A stretch of 63,227 nt of DNA, filler included. It is 5 parts of 5 records of this genome, joined end to end, with 100 filler letters (N's around TTAATTAATTAA, not from the genome) between each part and the next. Parts side by side here need not be neighbours in the genome. Positions count along the whole stretch, not along the records: positions 1 to 13,039 come from SRR31156797_7222; 4 more parts are not named here. One strand, given 5' to 3'. The notes beneath the pieces were generated by a model, which was not told the DNA's origin, did no database searches, and was given only the letters and a program-made list of their open reading frames with translations. A program made the translations under genes and the position numbers. Every line of letters starts with the position of its first letter. Position 1 is the first letter of the stretch. This document shows, piece by piece, positions 1 through 9,761 of this stretch.

Positions 1-219
1 TCAAACAGTTTTTAATTTGCCTTCGGCCGATTGTTTCGAGAAGAAGGTGCCCACTTAAAACACTCAGGTCGATCCTAAAAATCTGGATTGTTTCAGTTCA
101 ATTGAATTTACAAGTTAATTACAAAAAAGGAATGATAAGCACCAAAAGACCCTAACATATAAATCTTTGCGTGCTTTGCGCCTTCTTTGCGATCGTTGCG
201 TGAAATAAAAACAAGTCAC

Positions 220-1377
220 CTACTCATAGCTTCCTTTAACCAAAAGCTTTCCATCTTTCATCACTTGCTTGCCTTTAGCAACTACATGTTGCAATTCCAG
301 CTTATCGTTCATTAACAATAAATCAGCGTCTGCTCCTTCAAAAATATTACCTTTTTGCTTTAGCTTTAAAGCTTTAGCCGGATTTGAAGTAAGAACTTTA
401 ATGGCCGTTTCAAAAGGTACTTTTTCTTCTAAAACAGCATCACGTAGCTCTATGAGATTTGCCATTGGTAGTCCTTTTTCAACTTTCACCAAATTTCCGG
501 CTTCATCAAAACCAGGTAAAGAACCATTGGCATCAGAAGTAAAAGTGATATGATCTTCAGGAACTCCGGCTTTTAAAAACTCAGCCAGAGCTTTAGATGG
601 TTTTATCTCATATTCCTTAAAATAAGGATAACTACTTGTGGTAATATCTACCCACCCCTTTTTGCCGTATTCTTTAGCATCTTCAAAAATATAATCGTTT
701 CGATTACAATGTGTTGGATAAAACTGTTTGATAGGTAACTCACTTTGTGCCAATGCATCATAAATGGGCTGGAATGGGTTTTTAGCATCTCCCATGTGAA
801 TATTCACAATACCTGCTTTTCCACCTAACATACCTCCAACTCTTGCATGCTCTACCAATCGGATTAATTCTGCGGTAGTTGGAGTCGATGAACGATGATC
901 AGACAATGCAATCTCACCAATACCAATAACTTCTTCAATCATGGCCACATCTGAGCCTACTTCTCCTGTTATAGTTGGTGTGGGCACTTGATAAGAACCG
1001 CTGTACATCCATGCCGACATTCCCTCATCACGTAAAGCTTTGACTTTCATTAATACACTCTCAACGCTACGTGTCATTCCATCAGTTCCGAGACATCCAA
1101 TTACGGTGGTTACTCCCGCCTCAAGTAATTGCGACAATGGAATTTCAGGTGTACGTGTAGCCGGCCCACCTTCTCCACCCGCACCTGCAATATGTACATG
1201 GGCATCTATAAACCCGGGAGTAAGTTTTAACCCACTTCCATCTATTACCTCGAATTCCAGGTTTCCAATATCAATTTTATCTTTAATGGAAATAATCTTA
1301 CCTCCGGCAACCAATACATCCTTTTGACCCATTGGCTGTGGGGCATATACATCTGCACTTTTTATCAATATCATCAT
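220..1377 (-). CDS. iadA: Isoaspartyl dipeptidase (beta-aspartyl peptidase, amidohydrolase family)
   Basis: PGFIDAHVHIAGAGGEGGPATRTPE, GCLGTDG, GEIALSDHRSS, HMGD, PTHCNRN and SDANGSLP match IadA motifs. Confidence 0.95.
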   Translation of the reverse strand: MMILIKSADVYAPQPMGQKDVLVAGGKIISIKDKIDIGNLEFEVIDGSGLKLTPGFIDAHVHIAGAGGEGGPATRTPEIPLSQLLEAGVTTVIGCLGTDGMTRSVESVLMKVKALRDEGMSAWMYSGSYQVPTPTITGEVGSDVAMIEEVIGIGEIALSDHRSSTPTTAELIRLVEHARVGGMLGGKAGIVNIHMGDAKNPFQPIYDALAQSELPIKQFYPTHCNRNDYIFEDAKEYGKKGWVDITTSSYPYFKEYEIKPSKALAEFLKAGVPEDHITFTSDANGSLPGFDEAGNLVKVEKGLPMANLIELRDAVLEEKVPFETAIKVLTSNPAKALKLKQKGNIFEGADADLLLMNDKLELQHVVAKGKQVMKDGKLLVKGSYE

Positions 1378-1388
1378 GCAATTGAGTT

Positions 1389-3353
1389 TTATTGAACTAT
1401 TACTTTTTGAATGGTTGAAGTTGCACCTGCTGTTGATTTAAACAAATAAACACCTGGTATAAAATCAGACACATTTACCTGATAACGCTTTTGTCCACCA
1501 AAACGTTTAACTAATTTTCCATCAATACTGTAAATATTCAAATTAGTAACCTCTTCAAAGTCGCAATAAACCGAATGAGACGATGGATTTGGATAAATCG
1601 AAAAATCAAGAATATCATCAGTTTCGGCAATATCTACTCCCGGATTTGTTCCAATCACATACTCTTTAGTATCATTAATAATACTCAATGTCATTTCTTC
1701 AAATCCTGCTACCATTCGTGCATCTCCACTTCCAGTGCTTGTGGTCACTGAATAATCATAATTTGTCCCTTCATTTTTCATTATCATAATTGGTGAATTA
1801 CCATAAGGTAATAACTTAACCTGATCATTATCAGTATAATATTTTACATAATTCTTTTTATTTAACCATAATCCATATGCTAGATCGTATTGCAACATGG
1901 CATACGGAACTCCGGTAGTAGTGTTTTCATATACATCACTGTTATTGAAAGTTTTTGGCATTACTACGGTAGTTTCAAGCAATCCTAATCCCGGATCAAA
2001 AGTTAGCTCAGCATAATAAGAAGCACCTGAAACCATATAATCATTTACTACTGTAGCTCCTGCAAAACGGCTATTATCACCCACAAAAGCACTGGTAGTT
2101 GAAGGAAATGTAATTTGATTTGCTACACGCTGACCATTAGCTGTATTGTAAATAAAATTCATAAAAGTTTCATATTCATTATCCACAAATACAAATTTAT
2201 TTGATCCATATATGGCGGCAGCCAATTCATTATTCGTTGCATTATCATCAGTTGCTACATATTGGTATACATTACCTGATGCAAGTGAATTCAATGTGCT
2301 TGCTAATGCATCAGCAGTTGTAGACGATGCACCATGTAAAATCAAAATATTATCACCGACCTCACCACAATCATTCACAAGTGTTTCCATCATATCGGTA
2401 TGATAATTTGAATAAATTCCTCCACCTAGCAGCAAAGTATATGTGTGATTTTCTTCTGTAATTTCTGGAGCTGATGCCTGACTTAAGCCTTCTATATTCC
2501 CTGTATTTAAATCCAGTGTGCAACCATTCAAAATATTGGTTACTTTGATATCTTCAGCCACCAACATAGTTTCATTTTGATCAAAAGTTGTATTCTCAAT
2601 GTCAAAGAAGTTTCCTGCTCCTGTACCATAAGCATATATTGAATCGTTACGGATGATCATTGCGGTTAAATCATCTACACCAAGCCCTGTAAGCATTTCA
2701 CTTTGATTGTAATACCAGTTGGCTACTAATCCTACTAAACGAGGAAACCTGCCGCGCTCAGCAAAGTGTGTATCAAACAACCATCCCGGAGCTAAATCCA
2801 CAAAATCATTGGCCAAAGTCATATAGTTGTTTTGATGGTTTTCAATGGCTTCATATGGGTAAACAGTACCATTTTCTGCGGTATACACAATTGAAGACAA
2901 AATAGCCATACCCGCTGATGTTCCTGAGATAACACCACCTTCGGCATACTTATCTGTCATGGCATCAGCTATTTCAGTATCCTTGAAGTTATGATAGTAA
3001 TCATTCTGATCACCACCTTTAAAGAAAAACATATCGTAAGTCATCAAAGAATCATACATTACAGCAAATTGTCCCGGATCAATAGCACTAAAATCAAAAT
3101 GTCTAGCTGCCACAGCATTACATGTCCCAGTAAAATAATCACGCAACCAACTATCAGATTCTGCTCCCCATGCTATAATTGCTACTCTCTTATTCTCTGA
3201 TAGGCTCACCGCTTTGCGATAAGGATCGTAATTCCAGGCATCATCGCCACTTCTCTCTGTTCCACCTCCCACAAGCATTAAAGTTCCTTGTCCGAACAAC
3301 TGAACGGATATAAGAATAACAGTAAAAAGAATAAAAATCCTCTTCATAATCAA
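1389..3353 (-). CDS. Secreted cyanophycinase (peptidase S51) with degenerate second S51 domain and T9SS C-terminal sorting domain
   Basis: Signal peptide ending LFG/Q; GGDQ, GTSAG, DTHFAERGRFPRL, GVDD in domain 1; second S51-like repeat; C-terminal IYPNPSS...GVYLFK...KVIVQ sorting-domain pattern. Confidence 0.85.
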   Translation of the reverse strand: MIMKRIFILFTVILISVQLFGQGTLMLVGGGTERSGDDAWNYDPYRKAVSLSENKRVAIIAWGAESDSWLRDYFTGTCNAVAARHFDFSAIDPGQFAVMYDSLMTYDMFFFKGGDQNDYYHNFKDTEIADAMTDKYAEGGVISGTSAGMAILSSIVYTAENGTVYPYEAIENHQNNYMTLANDFVDLAPGWLFDTHFAERGRFPRLVGLVANWYYNQSEMLTGLGVDDLTAMIIRNDSIYAYGTGAGNFFDIENTTFDQNETMLVAEDIKVTNILNGCTLDLNTGNIEGLSQASAPEITEENHTYTLLLGGGIYSNYHTDMMETLVNDCGEVGDNILILHGASSTTADALASTLNSLASGNVYQYVATDDNATNNELAAAIYGSNKFVFVDNEYETFMNFIYNTANGQRVANQITFPSTTSAFVGDNSRFAGATVVNDYMVSGASYYAELTFDPGLGLLETTVVMPKTFNNSDVYENTTTGVPYAMLQYDLAYGLWLNKKNYVKYYTDNDQVKLLPYGNSPIMIMKNEGTNYDYSVTTSTGSGDARMVAGFEEMTLSIINDTKEYVIGTNPGVDIAETDDILDFSIYPNPSSHSVYCDFEEVTNLNIYSIDGKLVKRFGGQKRYQVNVSDFIPGVYLFKSTAGATSTIQKVIVQ

Positions 3354-3491
3354 AAGTTTAAGTTAGAAAACAAGTTGTATTTCAACGGCTTACGAGACAA
3401 ACTCGAAATGGGTCCGGAAATGATAGGGCAAATTACAAATTCCCAACAACATGACCAAAGAATTTTCAGCAAAGAAAAATAACTACGTATG

Positions 3492-5873
3492 TTACCAATC
3501 AATATTGGTGGTAAAGCCAATTACAAATGCTAAATTATTAATCTTCTCAGATCGGGCATACTCTCCCAACGTATAAAATGTTCCAATGGTAAATTGTCCA
3601 AAATCAGGATCCATTATACCTGCCAAAAAACCGGCTTCGTAATATCCCTTATTGGTTTGTTCAGCATAGCTTTGAAGTCTGTCACTTAATGAACCATACA
3701 TCACATTCAGCTGTGTTGAAACGGAGAACATCAGATTACTTCGGTTGATATAATATGGTTTATAGTACTGAATAAATCCCTGCACAAAATCACTATTAAA
3801 ATAACGGTGCGAAGGCATAGTAAAAAACACTCCCTGCTCATAAATAGGCATTCCTGCAGAACCTTTACTATTATAAGCAAGTTCTAGTGGCACATCACCT
3901 TCTAATGTTCCTCCACGTCCCATAAACCTAAAAGTTCCAAAAAATCGTGTACTATAATTATAAGTTATTTCAGCCAATAATTTTTTATAATTTACATCAG
4001 TAGCTTTATCATGAATACCTTGTTCATAAGCCAAATTAAAAACTGGCCCTCCTGCTCCACTTCGAATACGATAACGGCCCATATTAGTTAACTTCTCGCC
4101 TGGTGCATATCGCAAATCGAATCGCAATGCAGTTCTTGAAAAATCACCGAATATGGTATCAACAGCTGTATGACTTAAATGATAATCTTCTGCATATCCC
4201 TTCAATCTCATATTCATATTACGCGGATACTCCAACTCAAAAGCTAGCTCATGCCCTTCTAAGTAATTCAATTCCTTGAAAACGAATTTTCTCACGTTAT
4301 AAAACCCTGTTCTGTAAGGATTATAAAAATGAAAAGCTCCTTTCTCTGAAGTCTCATTTTGGTATTGATACTTTATTCTAAAGATACCTGATTTTAAAGG
4401 GTTCAAATGCAAACGTGCTGCATACCATAACGTATCAGTTTCGGTAGAATTAATGACTTTTCCACCAATACTGGCCCATTTTAGCACACGGTCATTTGTC
4501 ATTAAGGAAATTCCATAACGCCATCTTTCCTGATAATTAAAACCAAGTATCTCTTGCAAATTCAGATTGAAAATACCAATAGGTATTTGACCACTTATCA
4601 AAACTTTAGGCAGCTCAGTTAAAAAACGAAGCGCTTTGCTATTTACCGCAGTATCCATAAAAGCAAATGCATTTATATCGCGAAGCTTTAAACTATCAGT
4701 TCTAAACGCATCAAATAATGAATCATTGGTAAAAGCTGCATCAGGAGAATAACTTAATTCAAATTGATTTCTTAATATTGACTTTGGAATTTCTACTCCT
4801 ATATCAGGGTTCACAATATCTGTTTTAGCATAACCAATCAATAAAGGAAGCGCATCTAATCCTTTAATTACCTTATTGTAAAAGAAGAGATTGGATTCAA
4901 ATCTTTTAGGAAACCAATACTCATCCAACAATTTTTGATATTCCTGCTTTACTACAATTCCAAATTGAGAAGATTGAGTTGCAGGTTGCGCCACAATTCT
5001 TTTTACAGCATAGTCATTGGCATCAATATACAGCATACCATACATTCCACTGAAGGTTTTACCGACACGGGGCCGAAAGGTAATGACATAGACATCTCCT
5101 GTTTCGGTATTAAACAATGTATCTTTTAACAAGAAAAGGTATTTCTTTTCTGCGTTGGGGCTAACGGGGTTTACATATTTCAAATTAGCAATTGAGAAGA
5201 AATCCTCATAACAGGAAAGGGAATGTAATTGACCTCCAAGAATAGCAAATGCAGGATCGCGAAATCCCGCTATATTGGTTGTTAAAACCCGTTCACGTGA
5301 TTTTGGCTTCTTATAAAACTTTTCTGTAATAGCTTCTGATACAAAAAGATTCGATTTCTCTGAAAATTTTAGAAGTGCTTTTACCTGAGGAGCAACAGCT
5401 GCCCGATCTTTATAGTAAAGTAAAGTATCGCGATTAACCTCAATGGTAAATTTATTATATGCCGTGTATCTATATGAAGGTAAACTCTGTGGATTGTGCT
5501 CATCTCTTTTGTCAATCACTTTTTGCATAATAGTATCAGCCGGATTAATACCCGGAAAAACAACAACCTCCTCCAGCAGATAGGATTTGGGTTTAAGTTT
5601 GATACGGTAGCTTCTGATTTTATTCACATAAAATGAATATGTTTCAAAACCAAGGAAATAAACAGTTAGAGTATCCGGCTTTTCAAGTTCTAATTCAAAT
5701 TTACCATCAAGACCTGAAACTGTTCCTACATTACCACTTGTAGTAATAGATGCGAAAGATACTGGTCTATTAAAATGATCTAGTATAACCCCGGAAACTT
5801 TTATTTGAGCACTTGAAATATGAATTGTTAATGTGAAGAAGAAGAATAGTAAAAATCTCAATGCTGTATTCAT
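3492..5873 (-). CDS. Carboxypeptidase-regulatory-like domain plus DUF5686 outer-membrane protein
   Basis: Signal peptide, VSGVILD...GTVSGLDGKF...LGFET...LEEVVV N-terminal domain, NPADTIMQKVI, beta-rich C-terminus typical of Bacteroidota. Confidence 0.75.
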   Translation of the reverse strand: MNTALRFLLFFFFTLTIHISSAQIKVSGVILDHFNRPVSFASITTSGNVGTVSGLDGKFELELEKPDTLTVYFLGFETYSFYVNKIRSYRIKLKPKSYLLEEVVVFPGINPADTIMQKVIDKRDEHNPQSLPSYRYTAYNKFTIEVNRDTLLYYKDRAAVAPQVKALLKFSEKSNLFVSEAITEKFYKKPKSRERVLTTNIAGFRDPAFAILGGQLHSLSCYEDFFSIANLKYVNPVSPNAEKKYLFLLKDTLFNTETGDVYVITFRPRVGKTFSGMYGMLYIDANDYAVKRIVAQPATQSSQFGIVVKQEYQKLLDEYWFPKRFESNLFFYNKVIKGLDALPLLIGYAKTDIVNPDIGVEIPKSILRNQFELSYSPDAAFTNDSLFDAFRTDSLKLRDINAFAFMDTAVNSKALRFLTELPKVLISGQIPIGIFNLNLQEILGFNYQERWRYGISLMTNDRVLKWASIGGKVINSTETDTLWYAARLHLNPLKSGIFRIKYQYQNETSEKGAFHFYNPYRTGFYNVRKFVFKELNYLEGHELAFELEYPRNMNMRLKGYAEDYHLSHTAVDTIFGDFSRTALRFDLRYAPGEKLTNMGRYRIRSGAGGPVFNLAYEQGIHDKATDVNYKKLLAEITYNYSTRFFGTFRFMGRGGTLEGDVPLELAYNSKGSAGMPIYEQGVFFTMPSHRYFNSDFVQGFIQYYKPYYINRSNLMFSVSTQLNVMYGSLSDRLQSYAEQTNKGYYEAGFLAGIMDPDFGQFTIGTFYTLGEYARSEKINNLAFVIGFTTNIDW

Positions 5874-5876
5874 TTT

Positions 5877-6917
5877 CTAACTTTTTTTAGCTACAATAAT
5901 ATCACGTTTTATTGATTTATCAACCATATGTTCAAACCTACGATAAGGCTCATCTCTTAGGACTTCAAATCCGTTATTTTCAAAAATTTCACCCAACTTT
6001 TTTGGCGAAACAACAAATGAGTTCCATGCTAAAACCACAGTACCACCTTTTTTAAGGACCTTATACCATCCTGGCAAACACTCTTCAAGTAATTCTGAGG
6101 GATTACGTGTAGCACCTAATCTACTTTCATAGCTTCTGTTTCCATGGTAAATACCGTATGGCAAATCGCCTACTATTAAATTAAATACAGGCTTTTTGAA
6201 GTATGCATGTGCCTCAGCAGTATTTCCTGCAACCATTCCCATACGCCTCAATCCCTCACCCGTTTTAAAATCCTCTTTTGATAAAGCAAACTCAAACTCT
6301 TTAATCTGAATCTCGTTACTTTTCTTAGTCCCGGCAATTCGTCGCTGATCTGCTTTATGCTTTAATTTTTCCGTTTCAAGGTACTTTTTGAAAAATACAG
6401 TGGCTTCATGCACTGCCGCTGACTCTAACTCAATCCCATAAGCATCAAAACCATATACCAAAGCTTCAAAAAGGGTTGTTCCTTTTCCGGCAACCGGGTC
6501 AAGTAATGCTATATCATCATCATAGTTATATTCACTGGCCAATAAAGCCACATTCACCATCATTTTGGTAAACAACTCATTGGTTTTACCCTGGTATTTT
6601 AAAAGCGAGCTAATTTTTTGATCGATAAACTCATAGGTAATTTTTCGGATGGGCTTTAAGCATTTTGAATCCTCATCAAATTGGAATATGGCAAAAACAA
6701 ATGAGAGTCTGCTAATTATCTTCAGGTCTGCATCATTTAATACATTAGAAGTTTCAAGTGACAAATAGCGAATTTCTTCAATCAGCTCAATGTCAACTTT
6801 AACGACTTTAGCATTTAATCTTTTAGCTGCAAGTTGTAACTCAGCCAATGCCAATTGATCAGCCAGGTTGTAGTAAACACGATTGTGTCCTGGATTTTGT
6901 AGTATGAGGTATTTCAT
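5877..6917 (-). CDS. TRM11-like SAM-dependent (probably RNA) methyltransferase
   Basis: LLDPVAGKGTT motif I and GDLPYG motif IV. Confidence 0.7.
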   Translation of the reverse strand: MKYLILQNPGHNRVYYNLADQLALAELQLAAKRLNAKVVKVDIELIEEIRYLSLETSNVLNDADLKIISRLSFVFAIFQFDEDSKCLKPIRKITYEFIDQKISSLLKYQGKTNELFTKMMVNVALLASEYNYDDDIALLDPVAGKGTTLFEALVYGFDAYGIELESAAVHEATVFFKKYLETEKLKHKADQRRIAGTKKSNEIQIKEFEFALSKEDFKTGEGLRRMGMVAGNTAEAHAYFKKPVFNLIVGDLPYGIYHGNRSYESRLGATRNPSELLEECLPGWYKVLKKGGTVVLAWNSFVVSPKKLGEIFENNGFEVLRDEPYRRFEHMVDKSIKRDIIVAKKS

Positions 6918-6934
6918 TCAGAATTAAGATATGC

Positions 6935-7005
6935 TTTCTTTTACTTTTTACTTTTTACTTTTATCTTCTATCTTTTATCTTTTTAATGATATCTTTTATC
7001 TTTTC
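6935..7005. repeat. Intergenic pyrimidine-rich short tandem repeats (TTTTAC / TTTTATC units)
   Basis: ttttactttttactttttacttttatcttctatcttttatc...atcttttatc read directly. Confidence 0.7.
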
Positions 7006-7008
7006 AAA

Positions 7009-7779
7009 CTAAAGCATCCTCAACATATTAACTTCTTTGTCTGTAAGTATGCGCCACTTACCTCGCCCAATATTCTTTTTGGTTAAACCACCAAAGTATG
7101 TTCGATCTAATTTCACCACGCTATAGCCCTGTTTCTCAAAAATACGTTGTACTATCTTTTCCTTGCAACTATGAATTTCAATACCAATCTGCTTTCTGTC
7201 ATCCTCATCAACATAGCTCATCACTTCTGGCTTAACAAATCCATCTTTCAGGTTTAAACCTTTCATTATTACTTCATAATCTGTCTTAGCCAATGATTTA
7301 TCGAGAATCACATGATATATTTGCTTAATTCCATTTTCAGACTCAGTCAACCTTTTCGCCATTTCACCATCATTAGTAAACAAAAGCACTCCAGTAGTAT
7401 TTCTATCAAGCTTATCTACCGGATGCACATGTTCTCTTGTGGCCATTTTAACCAAATCAATTACAGTTCTTTTTCCATCCGCATCATATGCTGCTGTGAG
7501 TGTATCCTTTGGCTTATTTAATAATACGAAAACCTTCTTTTCAGCTTTCAACTTGCGATCTTCATATTGCACTGTATCGGAGTACTTAACTTTATAACCC
7601 AATTCTTTCACAATCTCCCCATTCACTCTTATCAGTCCCTTTTCAATTAATTTATCTGCTTCTCTCCGAGTACAAACGCCACTATTGGCTATATATCGAT
7701 TCAGACGAATTTCCTTTTCGTAGCTACCTTTTTGTTCTTTCTCCGCACCCTTTTGCTTATCGAATCTTCTCTTTTCCAT
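7009..7779 (-). CDS. RsuA/RluB-family pseudouridine synthase with S4 domain (divergent motifs)
   Basis: IRLNRYIANSGVCTRREAD S4 domain, LLNKPK, DKLDRNTTGVLLFTNDG. Confidence 0.88.
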   Translation of the reverse strand: MEKRRFDKQKGAEKEQKGSYEKEIRLNRYIANSGVCTRREADKLIEKGLIRVNGEIVKELGYKVKYSDTVQYEDRKLKAEKKVFVLLNKPKDTLTAAYDADGKRTVIDLVKMATREHVHPVDKLDRNTTGVLLFTNDGEMAKRLTESENGIKQIYHVILDKSLAKTDYEVIMKGLNLKDGFVKPEVMSYVDEDDRKQIGIEIHSCKEKIVQRIFEKQGYSVVKLDRTYFGGLTKKNIGRGKWRILTDKEVNMLRML

Positions 7780-7798
7780 GGTATAAATATTTAGACTG

Positions 7799-7806
7799 CA
7801 AATATA
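7799..7806 (-). promoter_or_regulatory. Bacteroidota -7 promoter element (TAnnTTTG)
   Basis: TATATTTG on the minus strand about 20 bp upstream of the pseudouridine synthase start. Confidence 0.55.
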
Positions 7807-7838
7807 GTTTAACTCAACGGGTTATGCAATGGAGAAAT

Positions 7839-7880
7839 GAGTATTGAGTTTGAGTTTAGAGTTTAGAGTGTGAGTAATGA
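7839..7880. repeat. Degenerate GAGTTT(A) short tandem repeat
   Basis: gagtattgagtttgagtttagagtttagagtgtgagtaatga. Confidence 0.55.
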
Positions 7881-8118
7881 AGGTTGTGTGAGATTTAATA
7901 AATGTGGTATCTAAATTCTATCTTCCGTGAAATGTGTTTGACTTTCCTTTTTTTGTGTTAATCTACCATGCTTAGGCTTCATACTTCAGTATAATAATTA
8001 AGTCCATCATACAGTGAAAATACTCGTATGCTGGAATAAGGTACTCGTTAGTCATAAACATATAATATTCAGTAATATATTATCGTTTCTATATCAGGGA
8101 AATATTAAAACTATACAT

Positions 8119-8694
8119 GTGAAAAAAATCAATTTGCTTAATCTGATTATGTTAGTAATCGGAATCGTTAGCTTAAATGCTCAGGATGTTGAAAAAACAT
8201 CACTATTTGTAATATCGCCTGGTTATGCCATATTCAATAATGGAGATCAGCATGGTGTTGCTCTCTCAAATGAATACGTCAGAAATATCAATAAGCACTT
8301 CACTTATGGAGCTCGACTAATGTTTGCTCATGGCGAAGGAGATGTGCAAGGATTAAAACCAAGACACGATATTCATATTTCAACCACAGCATTAGATATT
8401 AGTGGATTTTATAAACCATTCAAAAGCACAGAACATGTTTTACTATTGGGCGTGGGCATTTCAATAGACTATACACGTACATCTTATCTATCAAATAAGG
8501 ATTATGTAACGATTGATGATAAAATATACACCATTGCAGACACAGATGGAACAATATCATTGCGTGCAGCAGTCTTCGATTTGAAATACTATTATAATTT
8601 CTCAAAAAACATGTTCATGGGAATAAATGCCAGTGCAAAAGATTTTGATTTTTATCAATATGTAATTGGCATTGGTGGTGGAATCAAGTTCTAA
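8119..8694 (+). CDS. Small outer-membrane beta-barrel protein (hypothetical)
   Basis: Probable GTG start at 8119 gives a signal peptide ending LNA/Q; amphipathic strands; C-terminal GIGGGIKF. Confidence 0.65.
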   Translation: MKKINLLNLIMLVIGIVSLNAQDVEKTSLFVISPGYAIFNNGDQHGVALSNEYVRNINKHFTYGARLMFAHGEGDVQGLKPRHDIHISTTALDISGFYKPFKSTEHVLLLGVGISIDYTRTSYLSNKDYVTIDDKIYTIADTDGTISLRAAVFDLKYYYNFSKNMFMGINASAKDFDFYQYVIGIGGGIKF

Positions 8695-8754
8695 AAAAGG
8701 CCCTGGAATAGGCAACATTAAACTACTAACATATGAAATATTAAAACCTTTTTC

Positions 8755-8762
8755 TAACTTTG
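8755..8762 (+). promoter_or_regulatory. Bacteroidota -7 promoter element
   Basis: TAACTTTG upstream of ATG 8790. Confidence 0.5.
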
Positions 8763-8789
8763 GAAGTAGTATCACAATCAATACAGCAA

Positions 8790-9662
8790 ATGAAAACAAA
8801 AACATTATATGATGAATTAACTGCAGCTTATTCAGATGAAAATCTAAACCAAATTACAGGAAAACTAATTTTACTATATAAGCAAAAAAACTACGGTAAA
8901 ATTCGTGAAATTGCCAATAAGATTTCGAGTTACGTACCAATAGACGAAGAGAAAGATGCAAAATGTTTCTCCAAGCTTATTATGCTCTACCACCCCGATA
9001 AAGGCGAACAAAATCGGAAAATAATCAAAGAGCTTCATCACCAAAATAATTATGAAAGTTTAAAAAAATTTGCACATATACTGGCACTTGAAAATCTTGA
9101 TGGGGCCGATGTTTACACCATAGATCAGGATATTGATTACAATCCGGAATATGCATGGGATGTTGAAAAATATGATGGCTTCGACTATAACGAAAGTGAA
9201 GAAGAAACTCAGGAAGAATATGAAAGATCATTTTACAACCTCATTAAAATAAGAGAATATGGCAATGTAAGTATTGAATTTCCATCATACTATCTAGAAG
9301 ATTTTGAAGAATTTGAAATGGCCTTTTGTGGTTTAGAATCGTTGGATGGAGTGGAACATTGTATACATGTTAAAATTTTAGATGTTTCAAATAATCTTAT
9401 TTCTGATTTAGAAAATCTATGGAAACTTAAGCACTTGGAAGAGCTTTATTTAGCCAATAATCAAATTGGCTACATAGATACACTAAGTAACCTTAGCCAT
9501 TTAAAGATTCTAGATCTTTCAAGTAATCAGATTGATGACATTACTCCATTATTTAGTCTGGAACAATTAGAATATGTGAACCTAATAGGCAATAATATAT
9601 CTAATGAACAAATTGACATGTTGCGTTCCAAAAATATAATGGTAATGGCAGATTTGAATTAA
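8790..9662 (+). CDS. Leucine-rich-repeat protein with N-terminal J-domain-like HPD region
   Basis: FSKLIMLYHPDKG; acidic linker; LRRs ILDVSNNLISDL, LYLANNQIGYI, LDLSSNQIDDI, VNLIGNNI. Confidence 0.75.
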   Translation: MKTKTLYDELTAAYSDENLNQITGKLILLYKQKNYGKIREIANKISSYVPIDEEKDAKCFSKLIMLYHPDKGEQNRKIIKELHHQNNYESLKKFAHILALENLDGADVYTIDQDIDYNPEYAWDVEKYDGFDYNESEEETQEEYERSFYNLIKIREYGNVSIEFPSYYLEDFEEFEMAFCGLESLDGVEHCIHVKILDVSNNLISDLENLWKLKHLEELYLANNQIGYIDTLSNLSHLKILDLSSNQIDDITPLFSLEQLEYVNLIGNNISNEQIDMLRSKNIMVMADLN

Positions 9663-9734
9663 TTTCAGCCTTTCTTAAACCATTAACCAATTCACATTTA
9701 AATAATTAGCTATGGTCTTTACCCATACTTTCAT

Positions 9735-9742
9735 TAACTTTG
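9735..9742 (+). promoter_or_regulatory. Bacteroidota -7 promoter element
   Basis: TAACTTTG about 20 bp upstream of ATG 9762. Confidence 0.5.
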
Positions 9743-9761
9743 AAAAAGTTAATGCTGCATT

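Noticed and set aside
1-125. Possible structured leader RNA on the minus strand (GCCGAAGGCAAA, weak hairpins)
   Set aside because: Element order does not fit the glycine riboswitch or any family I can identify, and the downstream gene is outside the window; needs an Rfam search
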